A stretch of 63,573 nt of DNA, counting the filler, from Octopus bimaculoides (taxonomy: Eukaryota): assembly GCF_001194135.2 (NCBI RefSeq). It is 5 parts of 5 records of this genome, joined end to end, with 100 filler letters (N's around TTAATTAATTAA, not from the genome) between each part and the next. Parts side by side here need not be neighbours in the genome. Positions count along the whole stretch, not along the records: positions 45,325 to 59,225 come from NC_068984.1; positions 59,326 to 61,893 come from NW_026421735.1; 3 more parts are not named here. One strand, written 5' to 3'. The notes under the pieces were generated by a model. It made no database searches and was not told the DNA's origin. It worked only from the letters and a program-made list of their open reading frames with translations. Below, in pieces: positions 48,761 to 61,547 of this stretch (positions are counted from its first letter, which is position 1; each line of letters opens with the position of its first letter). The position numbers and the translations under genes are program-made.

Positions 48761-49429
48761 ATTATTTCTGCTATAGGTGCAAGGCCACAAATTTTGTGGT
48801 AGCGGACTAACCGCTTAAATCTATCCCTGTGCTCAACTGACACTTACTTCTCCAACCCCGAAACGAGGAAACGTAAAGTTCACCACGGCGGAATTTGACT
48901 TCAGAACGGAAAGCTGGAGGAGGTGTCGCTAAACATTTTTCCCGGCTTAGACTAGTACATTTCTCCATTTTATAAGTGAAACCCGTGGAAACGACAGGAG
49001 TTTAACTCATTGTAATGATTCCTTTATTTCCCATAAAGTAAACAGTAGTGAGAATATTACAAAAAATAACTTACAAAATCAATTCTGGATTGTGTAGAAT
49101 TTATCACTAAGAGCGAGAAAGTAATAAAGGGAAAGAAAATGTAAGAATTACACCGGGAGATCTTCAATATATGAAAACACAGTATCATTGCTCCGGATAT
49201 TAGTCGGCAACCTTTGAGCGATGCTAAAGAGAACTCGACATGGGTAAATACAAATGTTTTGGTACGAGCATCCATCATTTTTTCTATACGTACGATCTCA
49301 AATTCCATACTGCAAGTGACAAACAACTCGAAACATTACTGCAGACAGTACACAGATTAACCAAAGAAATCAATAGGAAATTCGATTTTAAAAAGGCCCC
49401 AAAACGACCTTGAAGAGAGGATAATTAAA

Positions 49430-49960
49430 TCGAAGTACACATATCATTCTACATAGAGAAACTGATATAAGAGTTAAAGGTCAAAAACAACCATATGATT
49501 TCTAAGGGATGAATGAACTCGATAGTATATACCACACACAGATGAAAGGAAAAATTAGGAAGAGATATTATAGATGAATAAATTTAGTACTTAAACTAGA
49601 GCTAAATGCAAAAAACAAAAAGCAAAATGAAGTAATAAGTATCACTTGTCTAGCAGGTACAACAATAAGGTGCATTTCAGATATTCTCTGGTGGATGCTA
49701 AATCCCTAGGAAGAATACGCAGAAAAACAACGAAAATATAAACTGCATGTATATACACTACTCAGCACCTGATATTGAAAGGCTATAATTACTATAAGTG
49801 CAAGGTGGTAGGGGCTTTACACAACTATGAAACTATTAAAATATTCACTATAAGACTGCATAAATATCAACAGGATGGAAAATTAATACAAATAGCTACA
49901 AAGCATGAACAAAACAAAAACGTATTTTGACTTCAAGAAAGATAATCAAAGTCTATAAAA
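49430..49960 (+). mobile_element. Degenerate RLE-type LINE post-RT fragment
   Basis: Frame-shifted reads give MKGKIRKRYYR..LVLKLELNAKNK and HYSAPDIERL, similar to the region after RT in Dong/R4-like LINEs. Confidence 0.55.
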
Positions 49961-50477
49961 AATGTCTCTGACAGTGATCCTTGTGTTTCCATATACTTTG
50001 GCGCCTAGTCTGTTGGCCGGTGTATGGTACATCAGTTACATATATCTATACGCTCTCCTGATCGATGGAACAGGTATTGTGCTATACATCGGTTAAAGCT
50101 TTCTCAATGTGCTCTTGCGAGTGGATACAAAAATGCCCCTTTGATTTTCGAAAACGATATGTTGCTTCCTATCTGCATCTTCCGGAAAGGAGATTATAGT
50201 TTCTTTTTTCTTGTAACATTTCTGACATTCTTTTGTCGGTTCTAACTTTCTACGTTCAAACGCTGCGTGAATTAGCATTGTGTTTCCTTTTATTCAGTGT
50301 CAACGAAATAAGTGTAGATTTATGCCCACTGAAAAAAATAACCTTGTGTTTAATCGATCAAAATATACCATTATTAGCGTTGTCATCAATGTTTCTGTGA
50401 CTCCATCATCGTAGAAAAGATAATAATGTTGATACTGATCATGATGATCGTGATGACCACGATCATGATGATTTATT

Positions 50478-50538
<61 letters not shown>

Positions 50539-51328
50539 CAGCTACAGCAGCAGCAGTAGTAGCGGCGGCGGTCAACGTTCTGACGACTATAACGCTCACT
50601 AGATTCTGATTTGGCTGTATGGCAACAAGCCTAAAAATTTGACATGCTGCATGTATGCTAAGTTAATTAATTTTCTACTTGACCCGATCTTGTTGGTGTC
50701 CATCTATTCTGGCATAGCGGATTGGTATAATCGATAGATTTCTTTCAAACTATTCAAAACCTCCCTGCAGATTTGAGAGGCTTTCAGAATCCGCTATCTG
50801 ATACCCTTATTCTTCGATCACAGTGTGCATCTAAGTTGTAATTTAAATTTTCCATTAACATTAATGTATTCTATCCGGTACCAAATGGATGTTAAAACAA
50901 ACTGCAAGATTTATACTATATCTACAGGTGGTAATACTATCAGCAGGGGTATGTTTCCTTGTTATTTATATTTTTGTTATTATGACAGGTGTAACTGGGG
51001 AGGGATTATTTTTCATGGCGGCTATGATGATTTTTTAGACGGTGTATTTCTCGGACTCGTCTTGTACTCATCTCGTGCTCATCCTTCCTATATATTTGAT
51101 CAAAAGCATTCCAGCCATGACTATACTGTACCCTCTTCGAACGGCGTTCAAGATTTCATTACTCAAAGCGTCATTCCATTATTTAAAGAAAGCATTTCGA
51201 CAGCTATTTCTAGCAGATCGTACAAACACCTAAACGCTTTATCGCTTGATTGGTAGGCATTTCGTTATTGGTTCCGGCAGCATAAACGGTAGTATATTCA
51301 GCATATTTGCTATCCATTTTTTATGTGA

Positions 51329-51386
<58 letters not shown>

Positions 51387-53815
51387 TGTTGTTGTTTTTG
51401 TTGCTGTTGTTGCTGTTGTTGTGGCGGTGGCGGTGGTACTAGTGCTGGTGGTTGATTCATCATTTTCATGTCAAGATTTCTTTTATTTTTAGCCTTTGTT
51501 AGGCTGTACTCAAAATTAATTATAACCGCGACCAGCAAATCACTCGTTTACAAGATACAGTGCATCTGGAATAATACCATCTATTGTTTCGTTTCTTTTT
51601 TAAAAACAATAGGATAGGATTTGAGACAGAAGTGATTATTATTTCTTGCAGGTCTCTTATTAACTCTACTCATGTACTTCCTATTGGTGTAATTGTTGAT
51701 TGTTGTTCTTGATGTATTTTAGTGTGGTAATACTTTGAATTGTCTGAAAGATATCACGACAACACACTCCTGACAGCTTATTTTAACAGCATTATGTCAC
51801 TCGCGTGTCTGATCGTCGCTTCTAGAAGAAATAGCTTGCCTTTCTACACTCAAAAACGTTGTTTATATTTCAGCTCATGAATATTTTTGAATCTTATGTA
51901 ATCAAAATATAAAAATATCTGAAGACGCATGTAATCATGGAGTTGGTAAATAAGTGCTTGCAGATTGTAAACTCTGATCTATAACAACCAAGACTGCGAC
52001 ATGTGAAAAACAGTAGCAGCATGTTTCGAGTCACTACGCTGAACAATAAGCATATATAAATAAACAGGATAATATCTAGAAAATGTCTAATCATAGGTCT
52101 GCTCAGTTTCGATTGACATGGGGCTAAACGACCGCCACAACTATATGAATATTAAGCAATCTGATAACATCATAAGTACTATTACATTCTAACTTCGTGA
52201 TGCAATGTTGCAATATATTAGTTGATCATTAAGATCTGTATATATCTGAATATGTTTGGTAGCGAGCAAATTAAGAGTTATAAAGCCCTACTGGAAGAAG
52301 ATTTAAGGTCCTAGTTAAAAGAATTTCCAACAAAATTGTGTGGTGAAACTAATAAGCATCGATTGTATAGCTATTTCGATGTAGGCATGAATGCCACGCA
52401 ATCATCTTCTTTCCTCCTCATATAAATCATGTATAAATGTGCATCTATGAAATACATTTTATAACTTTATTATGGATTAAATACAAACAACAATACCGAA
52501 TATATATATATTTCTTTAATGACGTTTGTACATTTGTAACAACTCCAAAAATTACAGTTTGAACCCATAACAATGCCATTTCGTTAATTCACCAGGACTT
52601 ACCAGTGTGCCACACAGACTATTAGACACTACAATTCATTTATCAAGTTTTCTTAATATTACTAAAATAGCCTCTTCAGTGAAAATGCTAAATACTGCTT
52701 ATTTCATCCTTCAATGCAAGAAATGTATACTATAAGATATAACCGGCGGTATGACAGTAAAGATAGGGGAGTGAACTAAATACTGAGCACAATTTTATTT
52801 CGTTCCTCTGTATCTGAGTTGGAAGCCCACTGGTGTTGATTTTGTTTAAGCGATCTGTGATCGATAACTCTAGACTCATGGACTATGGGTTACAACTGAT
52901 GCATTCTACGGTATCGATTCCCCAAATTTTTAAAAATTGTTGCTATAAAACCGATACAGTATTGCAGTGGTTTAGTAGATGTAAAAGACGCCATACGAAA
53001 TTCGCTTCAGCTTCTTGTGGTTGATAAGATTTAGTACAAGAACTGGGATAATTTTATCGACTATACACCTCTTTCCTTGTTCCAAATTTGTAGCCGTGAT
53101 GCCAGTGGTAAAAATCAATGTTTCAAATAATATTGAATGGCAGAGGTAAGTTAGCAGAATACAGGGTTGAATTTCAAATCCACGTCTGATTAAAAAATAT
53201 ACTTGACGAATGATTGACCATATCTTAGCTATCAAACTTTATCCTTTGCTAACATTTGGATTATATGGAGAACAATAGTGATTATCATAGTATACTTGTT
53301 AATAGACACATCTGATAATGTACTTTATATTTCATAGTTTTTTCCATTGAATATCACTTGGTAATCTAATATACATCAATAAGCAATGCGTAAGCATGCC
53401 TCTGTAAAACAATGTATACATATACCAGATACAGGGATGTTGCTGCGTGACATTTAAACACTTCGTGGGTCTTTTTTGCAATATTTACGTGTTCTGTTAA
53501 TAAAGCAGTAGTAAATTAATCGCATTCAAATCCTTTCTTTTCGATGGAAATGAAAAGAACACAATTTAGGTTTATTCCTCTCTACATTTCATATTATGAG
53601 CGAATATACTAGCTTTATTTTCTTTCTCTCCCGGGCACTAGACACCAACGGATACACATTTGCTTTTCTCCCTATTTTTGCTTATTTGTCTATTTCTCAG
53701 TCTTTCTCCATCATCTCTTTCTAACATACACACACAAATTTCTCACCTCTTAACTCTTCTGAAAAATATACATACATGGGTATATACATCGATGCACGCA
53801 CACATATGCTATACT

Positions 53816-53854
<39 letters not shown>

Positions 53855-54006
53855 GTGTGTGCGTATACATATGTATATATATATTTACATATATATATAT
53901 ATNNNNNNNNNNNNNNNNNNNNNNNNNNNNNNNNNNNNNNNNNNNNNNNNNNNNNNNNNNNNNNNNNNNNNNNNNNNNNNNNNNNNNNNNNNNNNNNNNN
54001 NNNNNN

Positions 54007-54071
<65 letters not shown>

Positions 54072-54296
54072 CACACACACACATGCACATACACACAAGC
54101 ATAAATACTCGCATACTAACATATCATATACATGTGTGTGTATATGATAAAAAATGTATGTATGCAATATGCAAGGAGTCATATCAATAAGAGTAGCAAC
54201 AATAACTACAGCAATAATAATAATAACAACAACAAGAGCAACAACAACAACAACAAGAGCAACAACAACAATAACAACAACAGCAACAACAACAAC

Positions 54297-54351
<55 letters not shown>

Positions 54352-55825
54352 TCGATTATTAATCTATTTAACTTCGTATATTATTGACAAAAAAGTTTTA
54401 TTGCAATTGATTTAACATAAAAAAATGGTATTAGCATTTGCATTTGTTGCAATAGTTCACTAAGTGTGCAAAGTGTTGCACACTCTATACAATATGTTAA
54501 ACAAAAACTTGTGTGCAGTTAAAATGTATGCACAGTTTGAACAACACTCAATAAAATGTTTACAATGAGAACGACATTTAAATGTCATGTGCTGTCTTAT
54601 ACACAAGATAAAAAGAAGAGGGATGAGAGTGGATGTCGCGTAACATGGCGTCTTGAATATAGTCTTGATAAGTCGGATATCTCACTTTGTGTTCTGATTT
54701 CAAATGTCGCTCAGGTTGATTTTACAGAGTTTACTCATTTCGGGGTCAAATCTAGATTAGCAAAGACTAGAAACGGATACAAACAAATCCTGTATGAAAT
54801 ATATATCGTACATCTTAGAAAACCTATTTGATGAAACAGTATATGCATGTCATCAACATATAGGCAATAGTTTCCATTTGGGTCGATGTAATCGAGGATT
54901 ACCGCAACTGCAATTTCTAACTGTGTTCTTGTGTAAGAATTCAATATTCTGATGAGGTAAATCTGGCAGTGGGCCACTCTTATAGGCAATATTGGAGAAT
55001 CGGTGACGTATCCTACAGAAAACTTTGCTGTGTGTATTTGCATGTCTTTTACATAGTGGATTCGATTCTTTTGAGGTCGACATTCTTTCATCCTCCAGGA
55101 GTCGATGAAAAAGCATCAGTTAAGTATTGCGGTCAATTTAATCGACTGTTACCTCACACAAAATTTGTGCTCGGGTGTCCATGTAGGAAATCAATTTTTC
55201 TATGAGATCATAGTATAAACACACAAACAGTCTTCATTGCTATACATAAAAACGCTATTGATGCATATTCTTCAATATCTGTCCTGGTTATATATTTTCA
55301 GATTATGTTACTTCTAGCATATACACACACGATCGTGTATGTATACTTATGATGATCATTTGTGCTTAAAACTGAAACTGATTTGAGGAATAATCAGCAA
55401 CTGGATTATCATCTCACCAAGTACCGCTATCTTAACTTCAGATTCTTCAGAATATTCACTGACCATGTCAGAATTATGTCTTTTGATTAAATTATACATG
55501 TTATAATGCTCTTCTTTCTTAGATTGTTGTTACAAAGCAATACTAAAAATGAAAATACTTAAATTCTACTTTAAGCCCAGTAGCATAGGACACAATATTT
55601 CATGCGTGTACAAAATATTAACATTGTTAGAATTGTTAGCGGACAAAATATTTTGCAGGGTTTCTTCCTACTATTTACCTTCTGATTTCAAATCACTTGG
55701 GGGTAGCTTTGGTGTACATCCATCTGGTTCGATGAAATAAATAGACAACTCGATATAATCATCTAACCTTCCCGCTTTTAAAATATTAGTCCTGCGATTA
55801 AATTAGAATCCATTACTTCAAGTTT

Positions 55826-57950
55826 TGCATAGTGTACATGCAGAGAATGAATGGTGGAGAGGTTTCATCAGTGTAGACTATTATATATGGGGTGAGAGGA
55901 GAACACTTGAAGAATATTTGGTAAACAGTGACGAAGAGGTGTTACAGTGTACAGCAGAAGATATGGGTATAAATGCAGATGAAATGTTTGCTAAGGAAGA
56001 GTTTAACCAAAGAGTCGAAAAGAAGAGGGAGGAAGAAGTTCTGGAAATTCACCGAATTTGTAGCATCGGCCTGGTCTTGTTCTGTATTTATAATGCTTCC
56101 TGTGGTACGTTTAAAATCACCTTGCGTTAGTCTTGTTCTTGATTTTGTTATATTCTTAATATACAGTGTATCTCTTTCAAACTGACCATGCATTCTCATT
56201 TCCAGAACTTCCTCTCCTTTCCAACTCTTTGGTCAAACTCTTCCTTACCAAACATTTCATCAGCATTTATGCCCATATCTTCTGCTGTACATTGTAACGG
56301 CTCTTCGTCACTGTTTACCAAATATTCTTCAAGTGTTCTCCTCTTACTCCATATACAACAGTCCACACTCATGAAACCTCTCCACAATTCATTATCTGCA
56401 TGTACAATATATTTGCATTTACCTTATGGTACAAGGTTCCGTACAATGTCATTAATTCTCGTCTTTCTATCCAACTTCGATATTCCTTCTTTCGTCCACT
56501 TGAGAATGAATGCACTTTATCTAATCACAGAAACTATCTATATCCATTGCAGAAACTAGATTTCTTGCATTCAGGTTGGATTTTAAAATCCTTTATTCTC
56601 TCTCTAGCCATTTTTTTCATTTCTGCATGCAATATATCATCCAATTCTAAAATCTCCAATTATTTGTATCCACTGTCTTCTGGTTTCCCCATGGTTTCTC
56701 TTAATGGTGGTCGTTATGTGTTGCAAACGGTTTTCTCCCCTCTTTTCGTATTGAGCACAGCACATTTGGAAATTCCACATTCCATTCTGATGTCGTTGCC
56801 ACATATGGAATATTTTAACCAAAGACTCTTTTCCAGACTTCCCAAAGTATTTCAGGTCATCCCTAAACAAGAGGTAGCTTATAAATGGTCTTTTCTTTCC
56901 TTATTCGAAACCATTTTAACTGTCCTCCTTGACAGTGTTATTGGTACGAGTATTAGGACAAATAGTGAAAATGGGTCACATCGGAAGATACTCCTTTTAA
57001 TTTTTACTTATCCATGGAATACGTTGCTCCAGTAAAACCTGGTCTTCTACTCTGGCATACTATCCAGCAGAAAATGTGATGTCAGCAACACCCAGCATCT
57101 CCAAGAATCCAACAATCCAAGAATCAAGTACCGTACTATATGGCTTTAAAAAGTCAATACGGTCCGTAGACATGTTGGTATGCTGTTTTTTTACAATGTC
57201 TCAAAGCAGTTTTATCGATAACCAAGTATCTTCCTATATCTTTATGTTCCGTCAGTAATATCCCTTCCTTTAAAAGAAAAGTATAAGCATTCTCCGGAAA
57301 TCTTTCATGTCATGTTCAGGAATGCTATAAGGACGATAGATTCCTACAACATACCATATATGTCTTTTTTCCGTTACAAGTGTTGTTCTTCCCCTTAGCA
57401 TCTAATAGGAAACTGCTCCTCTCTGGTCAACTGAGTTCCTAGTCTTTCAGGAACTGCAATGCAGCTCTTCAACCACAAGCCATGGAAACCATCTGAATCA
57501 GGAGCTTTCTAGTTGCGTACCTTGGTCAGATTACCTTTGACATTGACTGTGTTTATAGCAATATCTCTTTGCCTATTTCCTTCTTTCAGTTCTGTCTTCA
57601 TGATTTCTGTTCACTTGGCATCACTTCTATGCATCACAGTGTTTCTCCATATCCATTCCAGAACTTTTTGAACTGACCATCACTAGGAACAGCATTCTTC
57701 CTATTGACTCCATCCGAAGCGCGGAAGAATGGTTTTAGCTTCTTTTAGAACACTCTATTTTCTTCGAACTGTTTATTTTTGTTGATATATCTTCTTATAT
57801 TCTGGCTTTTGTGACAAAATCCTCTGTTTTAACTGTTTCATTATTATATACAATCCATTGTTCCGTAGTTTATATTTCTTGTCTAATGTCTTTCGTTCAA
57901 TTCCGTTTCCATTTTTCTATTTTCCTTTAAGCCATTGCTCAGTTTTACTT
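55826..57950 (-). mobile_element. Dong/R4-like LINE RT fragment with inverted duplication at its 3' break
   Basis: The minus strand reads KAPDSDGFHGLWLK (about 57480-57515) and MHGQFERD...TGSIINTEQDQA (ORF 55942..56199). 55826-56049 is the inverted copy of 56199-56410. Confidence 0.8.
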
Positions 57951-58090
57951 GAAACTTGCCTTGGCCATCATATGTCACTTTCATTGTATCTTTTCCATGA
58001 GATTTGTTATGGGGTTTTCCTTCCCACGACTATTTTTTTATTGAGATCTCATCTCTATATAAACTGCCTTACCACGCTAAAAGGTATTTT

Positions 58091-58133
<43 letters not shown>

Positions 58134-58412
58134 TTAATAATAATTTCATGGTCGATAAAATAAGTACCATGTGAGAACCGTGTTCGTTCTAATAACCTAG
58201 CTTCTTCCCCCGAACTTGATGGTCTCGTATCAAAATTTGAAACCACTATTGTTCTTGTTTACAGGATTCCCGTACTGCGTTTATGATTCATAATTTTGCT
58301 GCTATTGCTTTCTTTTGTTGTAGTAGTATTGGTGGTGGATTGGGATTTGTTTTAGTTGTTGTTGCCGGTGGCATTTTTTCAAACGTTTCTGTTATCATTA
58401 TTATTATTATTA

Positions 58413-58461
<49 letters not shown>

Positions 58462-58468
58462 CATTATT

Positions 58469-58931
58469 GAGTGAGATAGCAGCGCGTGCCATCAGAGTGA
58501 TATTGGGGTACAAATATACGAAGCCCAATATGCCATATGTGCATAAAATAGGGACCTCATAAAAAATAAATAGCATATGACCTTGCAGGTGGGGCCCAGT
58601 TAGAATTTTCTTCAAATCGAGTAGCCCATCCCGCTCAAAAGGTCCCTGAAAAAGGATTGCTTAAGAATGTTGAATGAAACACCCATATTTCCAGAGGTAA
58701 ATTATTAAGGCTACAAAGAATTCTTGTCAAGACATAGTTATGTTGCTTCTCCATTACTTCTGCTCTTGATCAGAAATGCTCCTATTGTCAGCCACCAAGA
58801 GAATTCTCAACTGGTTATGGTCAAACAACTGACAAGCAAACCTGTGGTATTGAGCAGAATATACCCCATCATCCATGTCAAGACAAAATATGTACATTAC
58901 CCTTCCAATCAATTAAGATAAGAAGTCACCA

Positions 58932-58932
<1 letters not shown>
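58469..58932. mobile_element. Family C element flanked by (TTA)n on both sides
   Basis: gagtgagatagc...gcaggtggggcccagttagaattt...ttccaatcaattaagat matches 35237-35730. Confidence 0.82.
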
Positions 58933-58995
<63 letters not shown>

Positions 58996-58997
58996 TT

Positions 58998-59225
58998 ATG
59001 TTTGACTTTTGTTTTGCATTTGTACAAGTTGGATCCAAGTCTCACCCAGAGACCTCAAGAGACAACAAGTTAGAAGTTCATGTAGGTGTTATGCCTAGGG
59101 TACCATATATTTGGATTTGTACAGTTTTGTTCAAGTGAATGTTTAAGAAACCATAAGAAAATTATGTTTGCTTTAAAATTTGAGATCACATAGACAGTAT
59201 TTTACGTAGGATATGGGCAGTTCCC
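58998..59225 (-). mobile_element. Dong/R4-like LINE 3' end with (AAT)n tail
   Basis: The minus strand reads GTAHILRKILSM*, then a 3' UTR, then (AAT)n (58932-58995). Confidence 0.78.
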
Positions 59226-59326
59226 NNNNNNNNNNNNNNNNNNNNNNNNNNNNNNNNNNNNNNNNNNNNTTAATTAATTAANNNNNNNNNNNNNNNNNNN
59301 NNNNNNNNNNNNNNNNNNNNNNNNNA

Positions 59327-60215
59327 GAGACCCTTTGTATTCCATTTTCTACCATATCTTCATTTATTCAAAGATATAAAAAATCGAGGACTGTTGAAAA
59401 CAGAATAAGATCCAGTGCACCACGCAAGATTTCCCCTAGATCTTTAATTTGATACATTCTAGGAAAATGTTCTTTGGACAGACAAGTCGAAAATTGAATT
59501 GTTTGGACGAAATTCGCATAGCCATATTATTCGCCAAAAAACACAATTCCTACTGTAAAGTTTGGAGGTGGCAACATCATTGTGTAGGGGTGTTTCTCGG
59601 CAAATGGCACTGGCAATTTACATGTGATAGATGGTAGAATGAATGCAGAGATGTACCAAAATATTTTGAACAATAATTTATGCGACTCTGTAGAAAAGCT
59701 CCAGCTTTGTGAAGGGTGGGTTTTCCAACCAGTTAACGACCCTAAGCACAATATAAAGTTATTAGAATGGCCAAGCCAGTCACCTGACTTGAACCCCATT
59801 GAGAATTTGTGGCATTATTTGAAAATTAAAATTCATTCAAGAGCCCCAATGTGCATTCTAGATTTGAAGAAAATTTGTCAAGAAGAATGGGAAAAAATTC
59901 CTTAAGAAACATGCGAGTCATTGATTAAGAACTACAAAAAGAGATTGGTTGAAGTGGAACTGAATAATGGTTATGCTATGAAGTATTAAATCAGAATTAT
60001 CAAATATTTATATTCTGTACGAATACTTTTTTCACCCCTAAATATTTATATTTGTATATAAATCCATTAGTTACTATAATTTATTAGTTTTTTTTTCATA
60101 TTCTTAGTTTATGCATGTTTATGCAAATATAGTATTGGTATATCCCATTTATGTTCATTAGAAATTAAATAAATAAAGAATTTTGACATGTATGAATATT
60201 TATTTCTCCCCACTG
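59327..60215 (+). mobile_element. Tc1-family transposon, 3' half with right TIR
   Basis: Reads [21 protein letters not shown] 59624..59905 reads ...[11 protein letters not shown][deletion][20 protein letters not shown]...QEEWEKIP. It ends ...ttctccccactg followed by TA. The left part is lost in a gap. Confidence 0.9.
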
Positions 60216-60249
60216 TATATTATATATGTGTCTATATATGTGTGTGTGT

Positions 60250-60478
60250 GACTGCATTAGTATCTGTTTGTCTTTTAATCACATATTTGTAAACAAGGAT
60301 CACCATCATACAAGCAGTGTCATCCATTTCCAGTCTACAATGAAAACATGTCTGGCCATGGGGAAATATTAGCTTCCTTGGTGAGGATTGGTGATCGGCA
60401 GGTCATCTAAACATAGAAAATTTGCCTCAACCAATTCCACCTGAAGCATAGAAAAGGAGACATTAAAACGATTATTAT
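60250..60478 (+). mobile_element. SINE 3' region ending in an RTE-like tail
   Basis: ...catctaaacatagaaaatttgcc...agcatagaaaaggagacattaaaacgat resembles the RTE 3' end ...gcatcaagctgtagaaaatctgcc...agcatggaaagcggacgttaaacgac (24600-24722). Confidence 0.55.
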
Positions 60479-60487
60479 TATTATTTC

Positions 60488-60664
60488 ATGTTTGACTTTT
60501 GTTTTGCATTTGTACAAGTTGGATCCAAGTCTCACCCAGAGACCTCAAGAGACAACAAGTTAGAAGTTCATGTAGGTGTTATGCCTAGGGTACCATATAT
60601 TTGGATTTGTACATAGTATTGTTCTAGAGAATGTTTAAGAAACCATAAGAAAATTATGTGTTTG

Positions 60665-60668
<4 letters not shown>
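60488..60668 (-). mobile_element. Second, near-identical copy of the Dong/R4-like 3' UTR, between (TTA)n tracts
   Basis: Direct repeat of 58998-59170 with few differences. (tta)n lies at about 60472-60485 and 60669-60717. Confidence 0.8.
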
Positions 60669-60717
<49 letters not shown>

Positions 60718-61023
60718 TAACTGAACAAACAGCAAAGAAAAGAAATGTCTTCAACAAGAGAGAGACAAAGTTAAATCTTATTAAATACTATTGNNNNNNN
60801 NNNNNNNNNNNNNNNNNNNNNNNNNNNNNNNNNNNNNNNNNNNNNNNNNNNTAGAAAGTTCCCCTCTGTCTATTAAAGAATCTTCTTCTAAATGATGGAA
60901 TTGTATTGTTTCTTGGTATTGCAGCTGATAAATTACTGAAATTATATCACAGGTGAATTATATATATTTTGAACAAGAACATTTGTTGGATTAAATATGT
61001 TGTATACTTTATATTTATAACAG

Positions 61024-61203
61024 GTATTTTTGGTATACCCATAGAAGAAGGAACCAAATGTACAGTAGATACTATACAGTATTATCTTGATACTCACTCA
61101 AATTCTAAAATAAAACATATTTGTTTGATTGATGTACGGAAGGAAGTAATCAGAGCTTTTAAGCATCATCTAGAAAAGGTGTTTGGAATCAGTGAACGCA
61201 GAG
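61024..61203 (+). CDS. Probable exon encoding the C-terminal half of a macrodomain (PARP14/PARP9-like)
   Basis: Acceptor tttatatttataacAG|61024 and donor 61203|GTAGGA bound a 180-nt phase 1-1 exon. It reads GIFGIPIEEGTKCTVDTIQYYLDTHSNSKIKHICLIDVRKEVIRAFKHHLEKVF, fitting the macrodomain pattern G-[IV]-F-G-x-P...K-x-I-x-L-[IV]-D-V...AF...VF. Confidence 0.7.
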
Positions 61204-61547
61204 GTAGGACTTGTTATTTGTTCAATATTTTAGTGAAAATTTAAATGGTTTCTTTCAGGTGTTAATTAAGATTTTTCCTCCTTCAGTCAACCTTTATCTG
61301 ATTCCTATTATTGGTTTATGGGTAGAGCCATGGATTTGTGGTTAAAAAGCTTCATTTCTAACCATGTTGATTCCCAACGTAAGGCAACTCAAGCAAATCT
61401 CTTCTAATATGGCCCTGAGCTGACCAAAGCCTTGTCAACTGTTTTACGATACATTGTAAACATGACTATTGTTTATATTCTAATTAATATGAAGTTATAA
61501 ATTGTCCAAAACAAAAAAAACGGCATTGGAGAGTTATCAAATTGTTG

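Noticed and set aside
50825-51256. 143-aa ORF without Ns
   Set aside because: It has a GTG start, no recognisable domain and no convincing splice context. It cannot be supported without expression or homology data.
54735-55091. ORF containing YVDD, resembling an RT active site
   Set aside because: The codons just upstream derive from a family B SINE piece (gattacatcgaccc) and no other RT motif lines up. Probably chance.
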